Virus record (IMG/VR): IMGVR_UViG_2547132271_000007
Origin: a virus
Taxonomy: Duplodnaviria > Heunggongvirae > Uroviricota > Caudoviricetes
Reading direction: 5' to 3' (one strand)
DNA: 5,601 nucleotides
Each line of letters starts with the position of its first letter. The first letter of the stretch is position 1. The position numbers and the translations under genes were made by a program. Under the pieces are notes generated by a model. It was not told the DNA's origin. It made no database searches and saw nothing but the letters and a program-made list of their open reading frames with translations. This document shows positions 1 through 4,384 of this stretch, one piece after another.

Positions 1-27
1 CATATCAGGAACTTGTTCGCACCTTCC

Positions 28-101
28 CTAGGAAATGATTTCCGATCTATTTAGGAAGTAACCTAGGAAGTGGTTTCCTACCTACTTAGGAAATGAGTTC
101 C
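28..101. repeat. Iteron-like array: three copies of a 16-bp imperfect palindrome YTAGGAARTGRTTTCC (28-43, 63-78, 86-101) plus a partial copy TTAGGAAGTAACC (51-63)
   Basis: Read directly. Copy 1 contains the perfect palindrome GGAAAT-G-ATTTCC; copies 2 and 3 differ at 2-3 positions. The window starts at position 1, so the array may continue upstream. Confidence 0.6.
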
Positions 102-104
102 ACC

Positions 105-168
105 AATACTATAATTAAATACTATAATTAAATAATATAAATAATATTCTTTATACTATATATATGAT
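105..168. repeat. AT-rich tract with a tandem 13-bp direct repeat ACTATAATTAAAT (108-120, 121-133); candidate DNA-unwinding element
   Basis: Read directly: almost pure A/T for about 60 bp immediately after the iteron-like array. Iterons next to an AT-rich tract is the classic origin architecture in plasmids and phages. Confidence 0.45.
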
Positions 169-180
169 CTTTTGCCTTCC

Positions 181-350
181 GGCGTTAGCTTCACTCTCTG
201 GCAAGCAGCCTTACTCCGCTACCTTTCGGGCTTCGTGGCTGGCCCGTTCCGCTCACACCGAAAGTAAAGCGTTACTTTCTTCGTGTAACTATCGTTGGCG
301 GTAACGCCCACGAAGAAATACTATTGCGCTGTGCGCAGAAGAGTAATCAC
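181..350. other. GC-rich, hairpin-dense block (candidate structured non-coding RNA or single-strand-origin-like element); strand unknown
   Basis: Local GC content is clearly above the AT-rich flanks. Hairpins seen: CGGGC(227-231)/GCCCG(242-246); TTTCTTCGTG(276-285)/CACGAAGAAA(309-318); TGCGC(326-330)/GCGCA(334-338). GCGTTA occurs at 182-187 and 269-274 with a single complement TAACGC at 302-307; CTTCGTG occurs at 231-237 and 279-285 with a single complement CACGAAG at 309-315. No ORF covers it. Confidence 0.35.
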
Positions 351-396
351 CTAACCAATCATACTGATTGCTTATGTGTAACTCTCTCTACCTCTT

Positions 397-448
397 AATT
401 CCACTTCCTACATTTAATAACTCTGTTATTCTCTGTAGTTGTGTAATT
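397..448. repeat. 52-bp direct repeat, copy 1, containing a nested bipartite palindrome CTACA-N3-AATAAC-N3-GTTATT-N3-TGTAG (408-438)
   Basis: Identical to copy 2 apart from a 1-bp indel. The inner and outer palindrome arms are exact reverse complements. Confidence 0.9.
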
Positions 449-474
449 ACTCGAAGAGAGAGCGGCTAAAGCTC

Positions 475-502
475 AATTACACTCTGCTTTCCTCGTGTAA
501 TT
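475..502. promoter_or_regulatory. Inverted repeat AATTACAC-N12-GTGTAATT between the two 52-bp repeats
   Basis: 8-bp arms are exact reverse complements. GTGTAATT is also the 3-prime end of both 52-bp repeats (441-448, 565-572), and GTGTAACT occurs at 283-290 and 376-383. Confidence 0.55.
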
Positions 503-519
503 TCACTAAGCCTCAATAC

Positions 520-572
520 AATTCCACTTCCTACATTTAATAACTCTCGTTATTCTCTGTAGTTGTGTAATT
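520..572. repeat. 53-bp direct repeat, copy 2 (one extra C versus copy 1), with nested palindrome CTACA(531-535)/AATAAC(539-544)/GTTATT(549-554)/TGTAG(558-562)
   Basis: Read directly; 123 bp downstream of copy 1. Confidence 0.9.
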
Positions 573-1096
573 GTTTTCGGTGGAAAAGCCAGAGGCGACA
601 CCGAAAGAGAATTCTGATCTTATTAATCTTATCTATCTTAGTTAATCTTCTTACTTATCTTACTTACTTTATCTACTTTATTATTAATAATAGCTTTATA
701 AGCTCTCTGTGTAGCTCTCTGACGCAAGAAACAGAGTTCAGGAAGGGAATCACCTTAGAAAAGTGTTCTTTGCGTCATAATGTGTTTTATGAAGGATTCA
801 GAGGTGTTTCATAACAGGAATGTATAGAGAATACTTTAGTTAATTAAAAATAAGGGGTCTAAATGCTTCTCTAACAGCATTAAGCAGGGTAGGGAATGGA
901 AACGCATTGCCTACATATAATAAACTCACTACAGGGCTTTACAGAGCGTTTTATAAAGTGACTCTCTATCTTATATCTACAATCACCTTTTCATATACCT
1001 AACAAATACAAAATAAGCCCCTTAAATAAGCCTCTGACGAGATAAATGGCCTCTACATAAGGGAATGTATTGCTTTTATCAAAACTTCGTTAGAAC

Positions 1097-1116
1097 GCGT
1101 TTTAGAGCGTTTTAGA
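1097..1116. repeat. Tandem 10-bp repeat GCGTTTTAGA x2; a related AGAGCGTTTTA copy lies at 943-953
   Basis: Read directly; about 100 bp upstream of the early promoter. Confidence 0.5.
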
Positions 1117-1208
1117 CAATAATGAAGAATAGCACTACACAGGAGAGCACGAATTGCTAAGAAAAAATGTAAGTGCATGAAAAAGATCAGATTTTTTATG
1201 AAAGGGTA

Positions 1209-1237
1209 TTGACAAATGTTTCTTTATATGTAATAAT
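1209..1237 (+). promoter_or_regulatory. Sigma-70/SigA-type promoter: TTGACA (1209-1214), 17-bp spacer, TG-extended -10 AATAAT (1232-1237)
   Basis: Perfect -35 hexamer, canonical spacing, TGn immediately upstream of the -10. Sits about 115 bp upstream of the first gene of the operon. Confidence 0.6.
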
Positions 1238-1350
1238 AGGTATTAGAGGGACAGAAAAACATTCTTCTCTAAATAATCAAAATCAATGCACTTTGAAGCC
1301 GTCAGGCTTGCAAGGTGTTTTATTTCTTTTAACTGAATAAGGAGTTTTTT

Positions 1351-1533
1351 ATGAAATGGTTTACACCGGAGCACGTCGTAGAGGCATTTAAAAAAGGTGA
1401 GCTAACACGCCATCAAGTAGTAATGAACCGTAATATGGCAAGGAGTCGAGGTTATCCAGAGCGAGCAGCTTGTTTCAATGAAGCACTCAAGATTATTGAT
1501 GAACTGCGTAAGAAAGAAGCAGAGAAAGAATAA
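1351..1533 (+). CDS. Hypothetical small protein, 60 aa
   Basis: AAGGAG at 1339-1344, 6 nt before the ATG. First ORF after the promoter. No family recognised. Confidence 0.6.
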   Translation: MKWFTPEHVVEAFKKGELTRHQVVMNRNMARSRGYPERAACFNEALKIIDELRKKEAEKE

Positions 1534-1556
1534 TAACAGGAGAAGGAGAAAACCAA

Positions 1557-1745
1557 ATGAATATTAATTTTGATTCTGCAACTTATAACGCGTTGTTAAA
1601 TCGCGCAAAGGCAGAAGGGAAATCAATTCCAAAACTTGTTAATGAACTACTAATTACAGTCCTTACAAAGGAGGAACTAAATGATCAAAAATATCAAAAC
1701 AATTGCCGAAGCGAAAGCCAAATGTCTAAATCAGAAAGATGGTAA
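1557..1745 (+). CDS. Ribbon-helix-helix (Arc/MetJ/CopG-like) DNA-binding protein, 62 aa
   Basis: AAGGAG at 1543-1548, 8 nt before the ATG. N-terminus INFDSATYNALLNRAKAEGKSIPKLVNELLITVL fits the strand-helix-helix pattern of this superfamily. The 3-prime 65 nt overlap the next gene in another frame, so the true C-terminus is uncertain. Confidence 0.6.
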   Translation: MNINFDSATYNALLNRAKAEGKSIPKLVNELLITVLTKEELNDQKYQNNCRSESQMSKSERW

Positions 1746-2280
1746 ACAAAAATATGTAGTTGTTGAGCAATGGTTGAAGATGTTTAAAAAATGGTATTCA
1801 CCATCTGGTAATGAATACACCGCTACACTGCCAGCCGTTGAAATCTATAGTTATATAGCTGGATTCAATGAACAAGGGCAAGAATGTTACGCTACTCAAA
1901 AAACATTAGCTAATATTGGAATGGTTAGTGATCGTCAGGTTCGCAATATTATAAATATGTTTGTTGATATGGGAGTTCTTTCTGTAGAGGCACGGGACGG
2001 TCAAACATCACTCTATAAAGCATTACCATTTACAGATGCACATATTACTCCCCCAGGAGAATCATCACTCTCTGATCTTTCTGAGGCAGAAGAAGCACAG
2101 GAACAACCTAAAGGCAATAAACAGCCTTCTTTTGATGTTCTTGATGATTGGGATGCGCCTTTGCCGTGGGAGACGGAAGAAACACCTGTTTCATCAAGTG
2201 AAAAGCTACCAAATGGTATTGAGGCATATTTTTCTAAGAATTACCCAAATGTGTATGATGACTTTGATATTCCATTTTAA
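1681..2280 (+). CDS. Winged-helix-like DNA-binding protein with an acidic C-terminal tail, 199 aa; possible replication initiator or replisome organiser
   Basis: AAGGAGG at 1668-1674, 6 nt before the ATG. Segment ATQKTLANIGMVSDRQVRNIINMFVDMGVLSV looks like a winged helix-turn-helix; the tail DDWDAPLPWETEE is acidic. The functional call is inference from this motif and the nearby iteron-like array. Confidence 0.7.
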   Translation: MIKNIKTIAEAKAKCLNQKDGKQKYVVVEQWLKMFKKWYSPSGNEYTATLPAVEIYSYIAGFNEQGQECYATQKTLANIGMVSDRQVRNIINMFVDMGVLSVEARDGQTSLYKALPFTDAHITPPGESSLSDLSEAEEAQEQPKGNKQPSFDVLDDWDAPLPWETEETPVSSSEKLPNGIEAYFSKNYPNVYDDFDIPF

Positions 2281-2291
2281 TAAGGAGGGTT

Positions 2292-2570
2292 ATGATTCAA
2301 TATTTAGTAAAAAATCAAGTAGACAGAATTCAGTGTAATGACACAGGAAAACGCATCTACGAAACACTTGCTTACCTCTATAAAGGAAAGCCAACACCGC
2401 TAAAATATAGCGATGTGTTACATCGAGCAGGTTGCTCTGAAGCTGGTTTAAAATTCTGGCTGAAACAGCTATCAAACTTCGGTGTTATTGAGATTAAAGA
2501 ATTATCTTTCTCTACATTCAATCTCAAAAGACTAGACAAAGAAATAGAATTCATCTATTCCACTCTCTAA
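2292..2570 (+). CDS. Small putative helix-turn-helix protein, 92 aa
   Basis: AAGGAGG at 2282-2288 with a short spacer. Segment YSDVLHRAGCSEAGLKFWLKQLSNFGVIEI is helix-turn-helix-like. Begins 12 nt after the upstream stop. Confidence 0.65.
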   Translation: MIQYLVKNQVDRIQCNDTGKRIYETLAYLYKGKPTPLKYSDVLHRAGCSEAGLKFWLKQLSNFGVIEIKELSFSTFNLKRLDKEIEFIYSTL

Positions 2571-2611
2571 AATCTCTCTATGTAATTAAAATATAAAAGG
2601 AAAACATTATT

Positions 2612-2731
2612 ATGATAGTAGCTATGTATTGGTTATTGTTCTTTCTCACGTTAGAAACATATTTCGGGGTGTTTTCCTTTAAAAGAAAAGGAAAATTAAA
2701 TAATGGCAAAAAGAAAAAACAACGTTGTTAA
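2612..2731 (+). CDS. Possible 39-aa hydrophobic peptide (MIVAMYWLLFFLTLETYFGVFSFKRKGKLNNGKKKKQRC); speculative
   Basis: Below the threshold of the ORF track; I translated it by hand. AAAAGG lies about 11 nt upstream. One predicted membrane-spanning segment followed by a basic tail. Overlaps the start of the 2703 ORF in another frame. Confidence 0.2.
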   Translation: MIVAMYWLLFFLTLETYFGVFSFKRKGKLNNGKKKKQRC

Positions 2732-3113
2732 GAAAATCGGGGATTCAGCTTCTCTTCTAAGTAAACCTAAATCTATTCTAAGACGTAAAGACTTTAAAGA
2801 GCTAGTTACGCTCACCAAGCAAAATAGCGCCCCTGGCGAATGGAAAACAGAGATCATAGAACATTCTCCCTCTGTGCCTTGTGGAGATGAATTTAACGCC
2901 TTACAAGAAATCTTATCTTCAACACCTGGCGTGTTCTGGAAACCTAAAAAAAGAAAAGAGTATATCGTTGACAGCTCTGATTTACGCAAATACCAGATTT
3001 TAGGATTTGAAGATTATAATCACTACGTCGGTTATCTCGCCACAAATGGCCTAAATAATTTAGTTCCTGAATTCCAAATTTTAGATAATGCAGATCACTA
3101 TGGAGACTTTTAA
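2703..3113 (+). CDS. Hypothetical protein with a basic N-terminus, 136 aa
   Basis: Weak AAAGGA about 10 nt upstream. Its stop lies 1 nt before the next start codon, which suggests translational coupling. No family recognised. Confidence 0.55.
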   Translation: MAKRKNNVVKKIGDSASLLSKPKSILRRKDFKELVTLTKQNSAPGEWKTEIIEHSPSVPCGDEFNALQEILSSTPGVFWKPKKRKEYIVDSSDLRKYQILGFEDYNHYVGYLATNGLNNLVPEFQILDNADHYGDF

Positions 3114-3114
3114 T

Positions 3115-3453
3115 ATGAACAAAAACACGTATGACACAATTTACTCACTAATTAATTATTATGAGGATGATTACCTCCTGCCTTTAAACCGCGCTGAACT
3201 TGAAGCATACAAAGAAAACACGCCAGCGGCACTAAATGAGGCGTTTAAACACTGGGATTTAGCTGTGAATGCCTTTGAGCACCTCTCTAAGCGTGTAGAG
3301 ATGCTCTGTAAGCGTGAGAACGCATATCTAACAGCGGATCAGCTATGGGAGCTATCAAACTGGATAGAAGGTATTGCATCGGACGTTCGCTATGTAGGAG
3401 ATGGACTTGTTGAACTAGCTCAACGCTTAGGCGCTACTATCACAGAAGAATAA
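3115..3453 (+). CDS. Hypothetical acidic protein, 112 aa
   Basis: GGAGA at 3101-3105, 9 nt before the ATG at 3115. The ORF track starts this frame at 3088, but that start overlaps the upstream gene and has no ribosome-binding site. Last gene before the second promoter. Confidence 0.6.
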   Translation: MNKNTYDTIYSLINYYEDDYLLPLNRAELEAYKENTPAALNEAFKHWDLAVNAFEHLSKRVEMLCKRENAYLTADQLWELSNWIEGIASDVRYVGDGLVELAQRLGATITEE

Positions 3454-3458
3454 AAAAA

Positions 3459-3475
3459 GCAACAAAAAAGTTGTA
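3459..3475. promoter_or_regulatory. Operator-like palindrome GCAAC-N6-GTTGTA, copy 1, just upstream of the -35 element
   Basis: CAAC/GTTG arms are exact reverse complements. The same GCAAC-N6-GTTGTA unit recurs at 3742-3758. Confidence 0.4.
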
Positions 3476-3482
3476 AAATATC

Positions 3483-3511
3483 TTGACATTTCATATATTG
3501 TATGTTAATAT
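3483..3511 (+). promoter_or_regulatory. Strong sigma-70/SigA-type promoter: TTGACA (3483-3488), 17-bp spacer, TG-extended -10 TAATAT (3506-3511)
   Basis: Perfect -35, canonical spacing, TGT immediately upstream of the -10. Faces the downstream capsid-like genes. Confidence 0.65.
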
Positions 3512-3641
3512 AATTATATAGGGGTGATTATTTTTCCTTTATTGGTTCGATATTAAAAATTCTTCCTGTCATTAAAGGGGAGTAAAATCTCCGCTCCCCG
3601 CTTCTCCTCCTTAAGTAAATACTGTGCCATTATACCTCTTT

Positions 3642-3671
3642 GTTATGCATACATCTTGGAGTATGCATAAC
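3642..3671. promoter_or_regulatory. Inverted repeat GTTATGCATA-N10-TATGCATAAC in the leader; each arm contains the palindrome TATGCATA
   Basis: 10-bp arms are exact reverse complements. A related GTTATGCAAC occurs at 3737-3746. Could be an operator or an RNA hairpin. Confidence 0.5.
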
Positions 3672-3700
3672 ATAGGGTAATTACATAGGTATGAGTTAAT

Positions 3701-3732
3701 AAAAGGCGGCTTTAAATGCTGCCTTTTATTTT
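3701..3732 (+). terminator. Intrinsic terminator-like hairpin inside the leader: stem GGCGGC(3705-3710)/GCTGCC(3718-3723) with one G-U pair, 7-nt loop, U-tract 3724-3732
   Basis: An A-tract (3701-3704) upstream can extend the stem. Lies about 190 nt downstream of the predicted start site and about 60 nt upstream of the first downstream gene. Confidence 0.5.
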
Positions 3733-3741
3733 GCCCGTTAT

Positions 3742-3758
3742 GCAACTTAAAAGTTGTA
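3742..3758. promoter_or_regulatory. Operator-like palindrome GCAAC-N6-GTTGTA, copy 2, immediately after the leader terminator
   Basis: Same unit as 3459-3475, 283 bp away. Confidence 0.4.
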
Positions 3759-3794
3759 TTTCTTACTTTAAACAAGGTAACAAGGTTTATATAA

Positions 3795-4007
3795 ATGTTG
3801 TTCTTAAATGATAAAGAGCAAATCATCAAGTATAAAGATGAAATGCTGAAAATTAATCCACAAATTACCGAAATGGTAGCTAAATACGCTGGGTGTTCTG
3901 TAGAGGAAGTAGAAAGATGTGTTGAAAAATATTTTTCTCCTTCTTCTCCGTCTACACCTTCCCTTAATGAATTAATCAAATTAAAAGCTAAGGAGATTAC
4001 TAAATGA
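3795..4007 (+). CDS. Hypothetical small protein, 70 aa
   Basis: Weak AAGG about 9 nt upstream. Its stop overlaps the next start codon (ATGA, 4004-4007), which suggests translational coupling. An alternative in-frame start is at 3843. Confidence 0.5.
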   Translation: MLFLNDKEQIIKYKDEMLKINPQITEMVAKYAGCSVEEVERCVEKYFSPSSPSTPSLNELIKLKAKEITK

Positions 4008-4366
4008 TTATTGATTTAGACACTCTGTTTCCAGTTCGAAAGACTTTCACAGATATTGTAAGTTATTGTACTGATCCGTTTGCCTCTGTAGAAAGCAAGG
4101 TTTTTGCTTCTCTTCCTGCTGATGTTGAGTGCGGAGACTTGATCACCAGCACGGGCGCTAAATATGAATCAGGAGATGATATTTATGTTGTTATGAGTGA
4201 ATTTGTAACGGCTGGAGAAAACAAGCCTGTAGATGTGCTACGTAGCAATGCTGGCCTTGTATGCATCAAAGCTGATGCCCTGAATGCTGTAAGTGAAGCA
4301 GCAAAAACAGCATTAATTAAAAAAGGCTTCCAGCTTGAAGGCTTTAATACGGTTTTCACTTCTTAA
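4004..4366 (+). CDS. Hypothetical protein, 120 aa; possible head decoration protein (lambda gpD-like) by position only
   Basis: AAGGAG at 3990-3995, 8 nt before the ATG. It sits directly upstream of the capsid-like gene and is about the size of lambda gpD (110 aa). I see no convincing sequence similarity from memory. Confidence 0.65.
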   Translation: MIIDLDTLFPVRKTFTDIVSYCTDPFASVESKVFASLPADVECGDLITSTGAKYESGDDIYVVMSEFVTAGENKPVDVLRSNAGLVCIKADALNAVSEAAKTALIKKGFQLEGFNTVFTS

Positions 4367-4384
4367 TAAAAGGAATAATAATAA

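Noticed and set aside
181-350. tRNA or tmRNA in the GC-rich block
   Set aside because: I could not find a T-loop (GTTCRANYC-like) motif, a cloverleaf arrangement or a CCA end on either strand. Kept as an unclassified structured element instead.
563-814. 83-aa ORF on the + strand (MCNCFRWKSQRRHRKR...)
   Set aside because: It begins with TTG inside the second 52-bp repeat, has no ribosome-binding site, and its hydrophobic stretch is a direct translation of the pyrimidine-rich CTTATCT-type low-complexity DNA. Most likely a chance ORF across repeat DNA.
1094-1117. CRISPR repeat or array (GTTTTAGAGC-like sequence)
   Set aside because: Only two 10-bp tandem units with no spacers of CRISPR length and no full-length repeat of 28-37 bp; no cas genes in the window.
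1452-1460. DnaA-box-like TTATCCAGA
   Set aside because: Single copy with one mismatch to the consensus, inside a coding region; not evidence of an origin.
2036-2338. 100-aa ORF on the + strand overlapping the 199-aa gene in another frame
   Set aside because: Entirely nested within or overlapping the well-supported 1681-2280 gene and the next gene start; no ribosome-binding site; lysine- and arginine-rich low-complexity translation.
2290-2475. 61-aa ORF on the - strand
   Set aside because: Antisense to the 2292-2570 gene, which has a strong ribosome-binding site; no start signals of its own.
2696-2989. 97-aa ORF on the - strand
   Set aside because: Antisense to the 2703-3113 gene; all supported genes are co-directional on the + strand; no ribosome-binding site.
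3088-3114. Upstream start (3088) for the 3115-3453 gene, as given in the ORF track
   Set aside because: That start overlaps the upstream gene by 26 nt and lacks a ribosome-binding site, whereas the ATG at 3115 has GGAGA 9 nt upstream and follows the upstream stop by 1 nt.
3611-3979. 122-aa ORF on the - strand
   Set aside because: Spans the leader, terminator and the 5-prime part of the 70-aa gene; the translation is low-complexity and there is no ribosome-binding site. The same interval is better explained by + strand regulatory elements.
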